NCBI GenBank assembly: GCA_951406725.2
Contig: OX597830.1
Location: 61,194,001-61,258,000 of the forward strand
Origin: Octopus vulgaris
Taxonomy: Eukaryota
Length of the DNA: 64,000 nt
Direction: 5' to 3'
Shown: in pieces, positions 1-14,099 of the stretch
Numbering within the stretch: position 1 is the first letter of the stretch
Layout: each line of letters opens with the position of its first letter
Program-made: the position numbers and the translations under genes
Notes under the pieces: model-generated
Told to the model about the DNA's origin: nothing
Seen by the model: only the letters and a program-made list of their open reading frames with translations
Databases searched by the model: none

Positions 1-260
1 CCAGCTTGTGTGACATGGTGCAGAGTCCTGTTGCTAGACATAGGGTCTTCTAGCAGCCACCCTCTTGACCGAGGGCAGCACTACCATCGCCAGGCACTTG
101 ATGTAACCCTCCATGTTGAGTCTGAGGCCGTGTGGGAAGATGAATGGGGGCATAACGTCACCATCACTAGTGATCACTCTCCAACCGCCCTGATATTGAC
201 TGGATGTTTGGCTTTTATCCCTCTCGGTACACGTCTTTAGATAGACAACCAAACACACTT
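1..260 (-). mobile_element. Tc1/mariner-superfamily (maT/DD37D-like) transposase fragment, pseudogenised, runs off window edge
   Basis: Minus strand reads VITSDGDVMPPFIFPHGLRLNMEGYIKCL..VLP..RVAARRPYV*QQDSAPCHTS; the W before QQDSAP is a TAG stop. QD-APxH is the second catalytic-D motif. Confidence 0.8.
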
Positions 261-585
261 AAATATTCGTATTGGAGCTTCCGGTGCGAATGACAAGCAG
301 TACAGCATGTCATTTCCAACTTTCTGGCAGAGTGATATATATATATGTTGATGAAATTTTTTTCTGTAAAAAAACTTCATTCTATATTAGTAGTAGACTT
401 TTGACTATTCGCTATAGGGACTGGTAACCACTATAAGCTGTAGTGGAGAACAGTTCACACGTGTGCTGAGGCTGACCAAAGGATTTTATGTTTAGATATA
501 TCTGGGTTACTTATATGTACTTATGATTTTTGCTTCGGCATTTTCCATGGGCGCATGTAAGTATCTTATTTATATCCTTTCGTAT

Positions 586-647
586 TTTCTACTGAAGAGG
601 AAAAAACCTATCATGAGATTAATTCCGAAATTGATTCAATATAGAAA
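586..647 (+). ncRNA. Type I hammerhead ribozyme motif, canonical core, minimal stem III
   Basis: Stem I TTTCTA(586-591)/TAGAAA(642-647); CTGAAGA 592-598; stem II GGAA..TTCC; GAAA 627-630; stem III TTGA-T-TCAA; UH=TA 640-641. Confidence 0.75.
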
Positions 648-805
648 TAACGAACTTTAAAAAAAAATTCTATCGGCCGGCTTTCCCCGATTTCAGGTCT
701 TCGTGTTTTTCTGTAGCGAGTAAATAATATGTGGAAATTGACGATTTAAAAGTCTGTTATCAGCATATTGGCATAGAAATAATTTTCTTTAGTCCTTATT
801 TATAA

Positions 806-862
<57 letters not shown>

Positions 863-866
<4 letters not shown>

Positions 867-1148
867 TTTTACTCTTTTACTTGTTTCAGTCATTTGACTG
901 TAGCCATGCGGGACCCTAACACTGATGTTTTTAAAGCCTAGTACTTATTGTATTGGTTTCTTCTTACGAACCGCAATGTCACGGGGACGTAAACACACGA
1001 ATACCAGTTGTGAAGCGGTAATGGGAGACAAACACACACACACATATATGTATGTAAGTATGCAAGTATGTATGTATGTATATATGTGTATTATTAAGTT
1101 AGACATGGCCTGGGCCAATAATGGCCGAAACCTACCAAAGTATCAAAG

Positions 1149-1179
<31 letters not shown>

Positions 1180-1350
1180 GTGTCTGTGTTTGTTACCCCA
1201 CCATCGCTTGACAACCGATGTTAGTGTGTTTTTGTCCTCAGAACTTAGCGGTTCGGCAAAAGCGATTGATAGAATAAGTAGTAGGCTTACAAAGAAGAAG
1301 TCCTGGGGTCGATTTGTTTGACTAAAAGGGGTGCTCCAGTATGACTGAAA
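863..1350. mobile_element. Two 3' fragments of SINE family A in opposite orientation
   Basis: Match the 3' half of the full copy at 61489-61908: minus about 863-1030, plus about 1175-1350. Confidence 0.8.
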
Positions 1351-2029
1351 TAAAAAAAATACACACGCACGAGCATAAACGCAATAAAACGCACATATAC
1401 CTCCACACACGTTCACACACACATATACACACGCACACGCGTACACACACGCACACACAAGCATACACACATATACACATGCACATACATACACACACAT
1501 GTACGCATACATACCGCCACCACACATAACACACACTCATACATACACGCACTCAATTACACATACATGGCCATATACAAACATGCACAAACACGCACAC
1601 ACACACGCATGCACACACAGAGGAACGCACATATACTCAACAGACACAACCTCCTACACATACATACGCGCACACACACACACACGCATACACCCACACA
1701 TGCACACACAGACGCATGCACACACTACACACACAACATATACATACATGCACAAATGTACATGCACACACACATACTTCAAACTGCCAGTTAAACACGT
1801 TTCTACTGACCATTCCTCTACGCTCACAAGACTGTCACTCCTGCTACTAAATTCTTCTCACAACATTAAGCGACACAAACTTCACTCACACATACACATA
1901 TAAACAGCCAAAATCAGATAGACACACACAACACATACACACACAAACGCACACACACACACACTGACTTGCGCGCACACAAACCTCCTTCTCTTACAAT
2001 CTCCTGTCTTAGAAGGAACTTTTTCTTCA

Positions 2030-2210
2030 CCCACATGTGCATCGTTGGCAATTTTCTTCCTCCGTCTTCCCTTCTATTGGACTTATCGAAGAAGAGCGTC
2101 TGCTCGAAACGTTAAACCATCTTTCTTTCCTTCCCTGAGCGTCTGCTAATACAGTACATGTACCACGTACTCGCGTTGTTGTGTTTTTTGTGTTTCTTCT
2201 TTTTGGGATT

Positions 2211-2276
<66 letters not shown>

Positions 2277-2480
2277 AAATAATTCAAATAAACGGATGAT
2301 AAACGAAAAAAAAAAAGAAAAACAACGAACGTGAGGACGTGCACAAGAAGTATATTTACTTGATGCTCGGTGAAAGGACAGAGTTCAACGTTTCGAGTAT
2401 AGCATTTCGTCAGAAAGGAGAAAGGGAAAGTCCAAAGAAGGAGAAGAAGAAATCGCCAACGGGCCACGTGTAGTTATATA
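2030..2480. mobile_element. Inverted pair of Penelope-like terminal repeats around (TA)n, each with a degenerate minimal hammerhead
   Basis: Plus 2086-2117 TCGAAGA-A-GAGC..GCTC-GAAA-CG-TT; minus 2384-2413 CTGACGA..GAAA-CG-TT. Same family as 34150-34320. Confidence 0.6.
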
Positions 2481-2502
2481 TGAAATATAAATAAATAAAT
2501 AA

Positions 2503-2549
<47 letters not shown>

Positions 2550-4199
2550 ATGTATATGTATATATATATATGTATATATGAAAGGTAAGGCAAATCATAT
2601 TTTAACAAACGTACCTTTCAGTGGAAAATAAAGGAAGTGGTTATAACCCACATTTTTATCTCTCTCTAATTAGAAACATTGGTATCGATCTAATGAGTTT
2701 CTACTTTTGTTAACCTTTCTTCAGAGCAGGTATACTTATCTACTACTCACAAAGAAATTACTGCTATTTATAGTGTATACAAAATCGGACACCTAAACGT
2801 AACTGTATAACTAGCATGTGCTGACAACGAATATGATTAAGCAATTAATAACACAAAACAGAACTCTTGAAAAATATGAAATATAAGACATCGATTTTAA
2901 TGTAAACTCACTATTTTAGCTTCGAGTGAAAAGCAATTCTGTGGGACAGAAAAAGGGTATTCATTCTCTGATGAAAGTGCAAGAAAACCAGAAACTAGTT
3001 AGAGCAATCCCGTTTTTTGCGCTCATGGACATATAAAACCGTCTTCATAAGTATTTTGTTTACCTTTAACAGTGACTTCAAATGATATGTTCATTTGAAA
3101 TAAAATACTTTTAAAATTATCAAAAACCTTGCCTTTTTATGAATAAAATATTTACATTGTCAATGCGTGCGTTGTTATGAAAATTAGGCAGAGTAATTTA
3201 GCAGTGTCCGAATTTGTAAACATCATAAATATCGACAAGTTACTGATCTCTCTAAGGACAGATGATGAGAATTTTTTCTCTGATGGTGATCTAACAAGAC
3301 TAGAAACTGGTGAGTTCCTAGTCTTCTGCTCATGTTGAGATAAAAATTAGTTGTGTAACCTCTTTGTTTACTCCACGAAATGAAATTAAACTTGTATTTT
3401 TATTAAAGAATTATCACTTACATTTAAAATGCTATTAATATTAACTTTTACCACACAGATTTCGCTTCTGGATATTTCCTTCATCAGCTTTCAACATGGG
3501 ATCACGACGATTTCGGCATCTTCTCATAATATTTCCTCCCCCGTTGTGACAAATATTTTTGATACTACCAGAAATGTTTAAAGGTTGTTTTAGCCTACAT
3601 AGCAACATGCATGTTTTCCTCTGTCATTCCTACGGCTACCATTTAAAACCAAACTAGTTGGATGGTTGAGTTGCTGCAAATACCCAACTCATATAAGTAA
3701 CGGACGACCCAAGCCTGCTCCAGATACACATGTAGAGGTAAATCTAAATATCCTCTAAGACAGGAGTGCGATTTATCTTCCGTTGTTTATGAAGTTCAGG
3801 TTTCCAGTAATCTACAACAATGGTTGTACAGATATCAAACGTTATATCGGAGCCGTGAATGGAAAATTTAAATCACCTTTCGAATTTTAATATATATTAA
3901 TTCTAAATGCTCAATTGGCACTTATTTTATCGACATCAAAAAGAAGAAAAGCAAAGTCAGCCACGGCAGAATTTGAACTCAGAACGTGAAGACGGCGAAA
4001 TGTCCGGCGTGCTAACGATTCTGCCAGTTCGCCGCGTTCAGCGAAATGTTAATATTAACACACAACACACACACACTCACGCACGCACGCACGCTCACAC
4101 ACAGACACACGCAATAATATATATTTTCGTATAATATATAGTTTCATACGTAAATATTAAGCAACTATCAGACACTAAACATCAACTTATTACTCATAT

Positions 4200-5770
4200 A
4201 TTCACGAGATATTCCTTGGAACTTCTGGCAAGATGCGAGCGAACAAGTCTAGCATGTGGAAATATATGCTTGTAAGACAGAGTATTCAATTCCAACGATT
4301 TGTGTTCCACACAATATCTCTACGCGTCTACCATTTCATCAGCTGAAATCGACTTTTCAAAGCACTCAGAGAGTCGTAACACGCCGTCAAGAGAGACTTC
4401 TATTTCTAATTTCCAGTTTTGAACGTTTCTCTCATTGCAAACAGTTCGCCAAAATGCACTGAAAAACCCCGCGGATCTTTTCGGTTTGAACGGCAGTTTT
4501 TTTCTAGCGGTGTCATATGAAATTGTCACCCATGATTATGACCCTAGTATCGATCTATTGCATTTCAATCTGTTTTAGGGTTAGGGTTAGTTGGGGTTAG
4601 TTAGGGTTTGGGTTAGGGTTAGAGGTGGGGGGAAGGGTATCTTTTTTCTTCACAAATGTAAATAAACCCAATCTGTTTCTTAAATGAGGGACATATTCAT
4701 ACGGTACAGAATGTTTTCACCTCAATAGATGGTCATTGATTGGTTGAAATTGCAGAAATTGACGAAAAAACAAACAACAAATATCTTACAAACTATAGAA
4801 TTTTCTCAATAAAGCCAAGAGAAAAAGATGTTTTATAAACACATTCTACCAGTATACGAAGTTTAAAAGTGTTTAGTTAACTAGAAATTATGTTAAAAAA
4901 CTGCCGTTCAAACCGAAAAGATCCTACCCCGCTCATGTGTTTGGAATCGGAATGCACACACTCACTGTGCACTACGGACAGTTTTAGTGCATTCGTGTTG
5001 CAGCCCATGTGCTCTAATTCGGACAAGGCAACCTTCGTGTTTCGCTTAGAACAAATTGTCGTGATCTGTTCTCGCCGTCAGTATGTCTTTTGTGATGCCT
5101 CTTTAGTTCACTTGTTCTAAGCGACTAACGAGTTCCCTTTTTATTCTATTTTCCTCTATCACTATCTCTTTGCTAAAAGTTACCATGTCTTTTCTAATTT
5201 TGATTTTTAGCAAACTTGCCGCCTGTTGCTGATCATGGCCTCCGCGAATTCTTCTGTAGCTAGTGTGCCAATCCGATTCCCCAAACCTTTCTGCACCTGG
5301 AAGGACGCGTTTATCTTCGTGTAACTGGCTTCTTGTCTGTTTTTTATTTTCTTTGTGAAGATTACGAATTTGTGATCTGATTAGTCAATTTCCTGAATCT
5401 GCAGGAAACTTGCACTAAACCGATTTGCTCTAGAAAGCCTGATCGCCCTGGATGACTCACTGCGGTTTGACCAAATACACATAGATATATTGGGGAAATG
5501 GAAACAAAAGCTGTAAGGGCGAGAAGTGCCTGAGAAACATAGTAAGGCCTTTGCACTCCATTCTCTTACCAGCTACTCCTTCACAATCATTGCGTGCACC
5601 GAAATGTTGTTCCAATTGCCAAGTAACACTAATGAGTTGTTTCTAGGAAGTCACTCGGCGTCTAAAGAAAGGTTATCGGGTACTTGTTGGGGGTATAAAG
5701 ACAACTAGTTTGAATGCTTCAACAATGCCTTCGTTGCAATGTGGTTGATGTAATTGTAATTATTCCATTT
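4200..5770 (-). mobile_element. Decayed L1/Tx1-like LINE ORF2 (endonuclease to RT linker), interrupted by a MITE
   Basis: Minus-strand remnants SLVLLGNWN (LGDxN), KHEGCLVRIRA and LDGVLRLSECFEKSISADEMVDA*..KS..L..LSY (degenerate K(S/A)PGxDG region); many stops. Confidence 0.65.
4473..4924 (+). mobile_element. MITE copy 1 (GG-terminal TIRs, 8-bp TSD, internal TTAGGG)
   Basis: TIR GGATCTTTTCGGTTTGAACGGCAGTTTTT / AAAAACTGCCGTTCAAACCGAAAAGATCC; flanks AACCCCGC/TACCCCGC. Confidence 0.92.
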
Positions 5771-5834
5771 CTTGGTGGTTGTGGTAATTGTCATATTGGT
5801 TGATTTACATTATGCGCGTTTTTGTTACTCTTCT

Positions 5835-6555
5835 TACTGAGTCCAAAAAGACGAAAAGCAATGTTGACCTCGGTGACATTTGAACTCAGAACGTAAAGAA
5901 CCGGAAGAAATGCTACTAAGAATTTTGTCAGATGCGCTAACGCATTTGGCTGTTTGCCGCCTTACGCTTTCAAATTTTGGCACAAGATCAGTAATTTTGT
6001 TGTAGAGATGGGTTAGCCAATTACATCGTCCACAGTACTCAATTAGTACTCCTAAACGATGAAAGATAAAGTTGACATCATCGGGATTTGAACTCAAATC
6101 TCCGAAGAAATACCGCTAAGGATTTTGTCTGAAGCGCTACCGATTTTGCTGCTTCCCATGTCAGACAAAAATTAAATACTCTGCTTAGAATATTGCAAAA
6201 ATCTTTCACCAATGTAGAATTGTTGACTCATGTGTTAGCAATTCGATAAAATACAGTTAATTTGCTCGTTTATTTGTTTGTATGTATGTACGTATGTATG
6301 TATGTATGTATGTATGTACACACACATATACACGTATTCTTTGCAATTCCGATACAAGGCCAGCAATTTCGAGAGGAAATGGGAGTCGGTTACATCGATC
6401 CTTATGCTGACTGGTACTTTATTTTATCAAGCTCAAAAGGATGAGAAGCAAACTCTACTTCGGCGCGATTTGAACACAGAATATAAAGAGCCGGAAGAAC
6501 TACTAATTAGCATTTTGTCCAACGTGTCTAACGATTCTGCCACCTCGCCACCTTC
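5835..6555 (-). mobile_element. Cluster of old SINE family B fragments
   Basis: Repeated ATTTGAACTCAGAACGT (B-box reverse complement) and GGATGAAAG..AAAGTTGAC blocks. Confidence 0.7.
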
Positions 6556-6621
6556 ATAGACACGCACGCATTCAAACACATACACATACATGTATGTGTG
6601 TGTGTGTGTATACATGCATAC

Positions 6622-6678
<57 letters not shown>

Positions 6679-6709
6679 CGTTACATATATATCAACGGAG
6701 AGAGATAGA

Positions 6710-6776
<67 letters not shown>

Positions 6777-7284
6777 AATCCTACATTTGCACGTAAACAT
6801 ACATACATACAAAAATACATGAATATACGTTGCGAAGCATACATAAATACATGGACAGATGCATACATGTTTGTGCATGTGTGTGTCCCGCCGTACAAGT
6901 GAGTGCTAAAGGCAGTGGGAGGAGAACCAAAGACACTGCTGTAAAATTTTCAAACCTCAGAATAAAATATAAAAAAGCAATTAAAGAGAAGGGGAAAACA
7001 ACAGACAATACAGCGAATAGAAGACTTCCTCTTCCCACTCCCCTCTCACTATTGACTCACGTTCTCTATCTAACACTGTCTGCGGGGTTGGCTGTCTTCC
7101 TACAAACACTTCCACCACCACCACCACTACCACCACCACTGCCTTTATTTGCTTCTTTGTTTTGTTTGTTTGTGTTGCTACCACCACCCTTCATCGATTG
7201 CAGATATGCTGTGTTGTCTACAACTTGGTTTCGATTCTCGCTCAAGACCACTTCACTTATTTTACCGTTCATTATGAAAAGTCG

Positions 7285-7347
<63 letters not shown>

Positions 7348-7380
7348 ATCTATCTCAAAACATACATATATATCTTTTGA

Positions 7381-7411
<31 letters not shown>

Positions 7412-7449
7412 GTATATTGATAGATATATACATATATATAGATACACAC

Positions 7450-7507
<58 letters not shown>

Positions 7508-7879
7508 GTACGCTCATATATATACATATATGTATATACATACATATATGTATATACATACATACATATATATATATACATGTATATATATATATATACA
7601 TACACGAGTGAAATGGTTGAAGATTAGCGTCACGCTTGAAACTCGGAGTACCAAGGAGTTTGAATCAAACTTTTTTATACACTCCCCCACCACATATATA
7701 TGCGCATATATATGTAAATATGTATATATATGTGTAGGTATACAAACATACACGCATACAGGCGTAGCACTATGGTTGAAAAGTTTGTTTTCCAGCCATG
7801 TAGTCTCGGGTTCAGTCCCACCGCACAGCACCTTGGAAAAATTTCTTCTACTACAGTCCGGATCGACCAAAGCCACTTG

Positions 7880-9082
7880 GTACGACCCTAACACATCAGT
7901 CCAGCCAACCAGCCTCGTCGAGTGGTGTCGTACTGTCACGTGGCACGTCCTTGTTTGGAAGAGCTTCTCCCCTGTTCATCAATTTTTGCGATGGCTGAAA
8001 CGAAGGGACAGCATGCTTCCATAAAATTCTGCTTTCTGCTAGGGAAAACGGTGGCTGAAACAGTTGTCATGCTTTAAACAGCTTACAAGAATGCTGCCAT
8101 GCACAAAACAAGCTTACGGGTGGTTTTCCCGCTTTAGGAATGGTCACTTATCGTTTGAAAACCAACCTCGTTGAGGGCGATCGTCGACCCCCCGAACGAA
8201 TGAAAATATCACGAAAATTCGTGAACTGATCTTGGAGGACCGTTGCCGAACAATTGACAAACTTGTTGATATGACTGTTGTGTCGTTGAGCTCCTGCCAA
8301 CGAATTTTGAGCGAGGAATTGCGAGTGAAGTGTTGCAGCAAAATTTGTGTCTCGCTTGATGACGGAAAATCAAAAGCAATCATGACTGAATTTGTGTCGT
8401 GAATTGAAAAAAAAAAAAAAAAAAAAACCAGCTGGAAGTTGATCCGAACCTTTTTCCGAAGGTCATTACCGGTGACGAAAGCTGGTGCTACGACTACGAC
8501 CCGGAAACGAAGCAGTAATCAAGTTACTGGAAGCATTCAATATCACAATGCCCCCCGCTCCAAAAGCGCATCAAGTGAAGCCCAATGATTTGTTTCATCT
8601 ATGCGAAAGAAATTGCCCGCACATAATTTGTTCCTCCTGGTCAAACTGTTAACGAAACGTTTTTCTTGGCAGTTCTGGAGCTTTTGCGAGATGCGGTGAG
8701 ACGAAAGCGCCCCAACTAGTGGCAAAATGATTTCATCACGACAATACGCCTGCGCATACCGCCTTGAGTGTGAAACAGTTTTTGTCAAAAATGGCATATC
8801 ACCACTTAGCCACCCTCCCTATTCCCCTGACCTTGCTCCCTGCGACTTTTTTCTGTCCCCCGAATGGAAAAAAATCCTTAAAGGAAAGCCTTTTGCAGAT
8901 GCGGAGACGTTAAAAGGCATCACTCCGCAAGAATTCCAGGACTGCTTCGAACTATGGAAAACTCGTCTGGACCAATGCATTGCTTCAAATGGAGATTTCT
9001 TTGAAGGCGATAAAAGTGTAAACATGTAACTAAGTAAATAAAATAATATTGCAAAATTCAGGTTTCTTTTGGGTGCACCTTC

Positions 9083-9084
<2 letters not shown>
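7880..9084 (+). mobile_element. Mariner (DD34D-type) element, near full length, transposase pseudogene
   Basis: [13 protein letters not shown] start near 7991, ITGDESWCYDYDPETK near 8465, HHDNTPAH near 8733, HPPYSPDLAPCDFFL; stops and frameshifts; right TIR near 9058-9084 followed by TA; left TIR not seen. Confidence 0.92.
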
Positions 9085-9154
<70 letters not shown>

Positions 9155-9158
<4 letters not shown>

Positions 9159-9304
9159 ACGACCACTCGGTTCAAAGCCTCTCTTGACCAGAAATGGCCT
9201 GAACTCTTTGCATGAACACCCTCCCTGTACATAACTCCATGTCCCCCTGCATGGCCTTACTTTTTGCTTTTTGAGCCAAAAAATTAACTTAACTTAACTT
9301 AACT
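9155..9304 (+). mobile_element. 3' end of a CR1-like LINE
   Basis: TTRFKASLDQKWPELFA* (FKxxLD terminus), short UTR, (AACTT)n tail. Confidence 0.7.
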
Positions 9305-9308
9305 ATAT

Positions 9309-10380
9309 GTGTCACACATGGCGGGCCAGGGACGTGACAGCCGTCTTTCTGGGATTCTGTGTGTGAGTGTGTGTGTGTGTATGCATATATATATACACGT
9401 CCCTGGCCCGCCATGTGTGACACCGCAAAGATCAAAGAACTCCGTGTGCTATCAGGTGGAAGATAATAGATCATCTAGGCTCATATATTAATGGGAGCGG
9501 CCGTTGCAAAATCTGCATCCCGGAGAGAGCCAACATTTTAAAGGTCTATACTAAACCTGGCACGTTAATCCCGTCTTTCTGGGATTCTGAAGAATGACTG
9601 GTGGTTGCGGAAGCGACGTTTGAAAGATGTACTGGATGATCCTATATATTTACAAACTTGGGATGTGGTTATATTCGCACTCCTGGTATATCTCTGATAG
9701 TCTCCGGGCTTGGGGATGCTGTTGGTAATACCGTTGTTAACGTAGTCAATATGGCGCAAAGATCCGGTGGTGTTATCGCCGTGGTTATCACTACTGGTCA
9801 TATGGTTGAGGATGTAGCTGCCGGCGTGAGAGTGGGACCGGTGGTAACAAATGGTGTGGGGCCAGTCATCCCATCGGTGTCGATGGTAATTGTTTGGATA
9901 ACTCCTCTGTGTCGCTGGTCCTGGATTGGTCATTATCTCAAGGTGTGGCGATTGTACAGGTGGTAACATATGGTGCGAGGCTGATCACGCTACCTGTGTC
10001 TATGACAATGGTTTGTCCATCATCGCTGGTAATCTAAACTAATAGGTATGAGGTCTGAGTGCTCCAATTGATAAGCTACAAGGACCCAAATTCACAACGG
10101 AGGCTGGAGTTGTGGTAGCCACCGTCCAATAGGGAGAGAACCGGGGATCCGTAAACTACCTCTAAGTCAGAAGGTATAATTTTAAAAAGAGAAAAACAAA
10201 ATCAAGGCAAGAAAAGCTTATCAGTTCACTTAAATTAGTTTAATGGTGAAGCGAAGTAAGCAAATAAAAGTAACATAATAGTGTCTTACAGGTGTTTCTG
10301 GGATATCCCAGGTAATGGATCAATGTGCTGATCCACATTTCCATATGCTGCGTATTCCGTCATCGGAGGCGAAATATAAA
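9309..10380. mobile_element. Rearranged Penelope-like element (GIY-YIG endonuclease pieces on both strands)
   Basis: Minus: CKYIGSSSTSFKRRFRNHQSFFRIPERR. Plus: TSLARHV*HRKDQ..IRWKII..SYINGSGRCKIC.PER.NIL. Hammerhead-like motif on minus at 10283-10370. Confidence 0.8.
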
Positions 10381-10733
10381 TCATATAAATAAGAGAAATA
10401 CAGGCAGGAAACTTTTATGTGGAGATGTAAAGAAAAAATTGATGTAGAGACATATGTAGGAAGGTATGAAGTCCAAGGTTCGTTATAGCTCATAGTTCAT
10501 CCTGTTCCGGAGGGTATGTTTATCCATATTCCCGTGAAGGTGAACCTCCTTACGCGTATTCCTAAGAATACAGGAATATAACGAACCTTGAACTTCATAC
10601 CCTGCTACACATTTCGCGACATCATAAAATTTTAGAAAAAATAAATAAGTAAATGATGGCAATCGAACCGGTGAGAGTGTCAAGGCACTAAAAGAGAATG
10701 ACTCTCTCCAGACACAATAATATTTGTGTGTGA

Positions 10734-10772
<39 letters not shown>

Positions 10773-10794
10773 TAGATATACACATACATATATC

Positions 10795-11080
10795 TTTTAC
10801 TTTTGTCAGTCATTTGACTGCAGCAATGCTAGGGCACCACTTTCAGGGATTTTTGTCGAACAAATCGAAACAGGACTTTTTAAAGCCCAGCTCTTATCCT
10901 ATCAGTACTTTTTGCCGAACCGATAATTTACGGGAACATAAATACACCAACACCGGCTATGAAGTGGTGGTGGGAGTTAAACACAGACACAAAGACACAG
11001 ACACAAAGACACACACACACACACACACACACATACGCACAGACGTATACGATAGGCTTCTTTCAGTTTCCGTCTACCGG
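10795..11080 (-). mobile_element. SINE family A, partial
   Basis: Similar to 61489-61908, with internal (CA)n. Confidence 0.75.
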
Positions 11081-11406
11081 GAAACTCGGAGTAGTCATGG
11101 AGTAAAGATTTAGTGTTTAATACAAGCACACACACTTACACGCGGCGCTCATTCGGTTCCATTTGCGTGTGTGAGTATATATTCATATTTTTATGTATAA
11201 TTGTTACATGTGTATATATCATATACACACAGACATCAGTACACGTTCAAATATGTAAATACACTGGCAAACATACACACACGCGTTTACATGCTATACA
11301 CACTTGTGTGCGTGCGTCCGTGCGTTTACGTGTATAGATATGTATATACTAAACCTATATGTACACACACACACGCACGATACACATATGTATGCATACA
11401 CACACG

Positions 11407-11438
<32 letters not shown>

Positions 11439-11936
11439 CGTGTTTGTATAAAAATGTATCTATCTTTTAAATACACACACATAAATATATATATACATAC
11501 ACACACACACACAAATATATATATATGATATGTATATGTGTATAAGTATATATGTATATATATATATATATATATATTTACATGAATCTATGTCTATGTG
11601 TGTGTGCGTGTATGCGTATATGTGTGTGTATATGTGTGTGTATATGTGTGTGTATATGCGTATATGTGTGTGTATATGTGTGTGTGTATATACTTCTCCA
11701 ACGCTTACCAGCTGAGACCACATCCAACAATTTTCCTGAGATTTACAATTATTTACATTAAAACCATCAGCACACAATATCAACACTTACTCCTGGTTCA
11801 CTGATTTATCTCTTAGTTTGTCCGGCTGTCTGTCTCTGTGCCTGTCTGTCTGTCTGTCAGTCTGTCTTTTTGTCTATCTATCTACCTACCTACCTACCTA
11901 CCTATCTATCTATCTGTCTGTCTGTCTATCTATCTT

Positions 11937-12027
<91 letters not shown>

Positions 12028-12376
12028 GTCTATCTATCTAGTTTCTATCTCTGTAAACTCGCAACCTTCACCAATTCCACCAATTCCACCACACAACATA
12101 AACATCTCCACATTTATACAAACACGTGTCTGCAGACGAAAAATTATTTTTCTAATTATTGATGCTACGTTAATGTTTTCTCCGCACATTTCTTCCAGTC
12201 AATACAATCACCACCATCCTCAGACGTATCACCACCACCACCACCACCACTACGAAGATGAGTACCATTACCTTCACCCACTTCTAAATACACACTCATA
12301 TATATGAGTGTGTATTTATATATGTACTGTGTGTACATATATATATATATATAATATATATATATATATACACAAG

Positions 12377-12492
<116 letters not shown>

Positions 12493-12649
12493 CATACCCT
12501 CACATATATACACACATTATATTTGTACCTATGTATATGTATATATTGGGAGCAATGTTTCTTCTAGACATGTAGTATTGAAAACAAGACTATATTTTAG
12601 TTCTATCTTTTTTTATCAAATACAAGTTTTTTGATTATTTTCCTATAAG

Positions 12650-14030
12650 TCTATTAATGTTTTTTGTCTGAGCAGTAAAGTTCCAAAATCTATCATTGAC
12701 AGCTCTAGTCCTTCAAAGTAGCATATTCTGCTTGAAATTATGTTGGTATGTATTGCTGCCTCTTTATTATAACGCAAAGAGCCAATATGATTGTTATTAA
12801 ACAGTAAAATCGGAATCTGAATTGTCATCTGCCGTGTGTTCTTGTGACTATAGTGTAGCCTTGTGTTTTAGTTTAACGTCAAATGCTACGGGAATCTCGT
12901 ATAGAACAAATGCATCTTGCATAGTTTTAGTTTGAGGGGAGGATCATTGCAATTGCTCCCTGTTGCAACTTTATTCTGGGATTTTTTCGGTTTGAACGGC
13001 AGTTTTTAACATAATTTCTAGGTAACTAAAAAAGTTTAAACTTCGTATACAGGTAGAATGTGTTTATAAAACATCTTTTTCTATTGGCTTTATTGAGAAA
13101 ATTCTATAGTTTGTAAGATATTTGTTGTTTTTTTTCTTCAATTTCTGCAATTTCAACCAATCACTGGCGTCCATTGAGGTAAACAACATTCTGTGCCGTA
13201 TGAATATGTCCCTCGTTTAAGAAACAAATTGGGTTTATTTACATTTGTAAAGCAAAAAAGATACCCTTCCTCCCACCCCTAACCCTAACGCTAACCTTAA
13301 AACATTGAAATGCAATAGATCGATACTAGGGTCATAATTATGGGTGACAATTTCATATGACACCGTTAGAAAAAACTGCCGTTCAAACCGAAAAGATCCT
13401 TATTCTGGGCCAGCATGAGTGTGTCGTACTTGTACGGCCAATATAATCCCTGGAATCGTGATGTTTACAGTTTTTACTTTGCTCATCGAAGTTCGTTTGC
13501 TGCATTACAAGCATGATGTTACAGATAAGTAAGTTTAATTTTGATGTTATTGTAGTATACTATTAGTGTTAGTTTACAGGTTGTTGTAATGCACATTGTG
13601 TTCTATTTCATAAATGCAAAATGCACTGCACTTTGATAATGTGTTCATTCTATAATTTAAATGTATTTGATATATGTTATACACTTTTTTGTTTATTTTA
13701 AATACGTTTTGCGTATTTAATAGGTTTTTTTCCTAGTTGAATTGTTCTATAGTCTAGTCTATTGTTTGTTAGATTACCCATTGTTGATTAGTATTTGATT
13801 TATTTTGTAAACTTCGAAGAGAATCTATTTGCTCTTTTACGTAAAGATTTCGCTATTAATATTTAGTATCTAATAGAATGTAACGGTATCTATGTAAGTA
13901 GAGGCATTTATTTATGCCTTTGCTGGAGACTATGTGATATATATTTATCTTTTTTTATCAGAACATTTGGCAAGACATTGTCATTATATTTGTGAGAGTT
14001 TTATAGTAACTGTTCTGGATGTTGAAAATG
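12650..14030 (-). mobile_element. Decayed Penelope-like RT/GIY-YIG ORF
   Basis: Minus remnants EVYKINQILINNG, LTLIVYYNN and DYIGRTSTT....LQQGAI; the frame is joined across the MITE at 12979-13399. Confidence 0.65.
12979..13399 (-). mobile_element. MITE copy 2
   Basis: Same TIRs as copy 1; perfect 8-bp TSD TTATTCTG; internal CCCTAA repeats. Confidence 0.93.
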
Positions 14031-14099
14031 TTGAATTTTACTCCGATGCACAAGCAGTATCAAGCCATAAACATATAATATAAACCAACTATACAGACA

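Noticed and set aside
3268-3490. Additional CTGATG..GAAA motifs (3270 plus, 3487 minus; also 58262)
   Set aside because: Core or stems too degenerate to call.
4575-4630. Telomere or chromosome fusion site
   Set aside because: Short degenerate tract internal to a MITE present three times.
6262-8024. Many YIYI/HTHT/CVCV/ERER/LSIY ORFs here and throughout the window
   Set aside because: Translations of microsatellites lacking stop codons.
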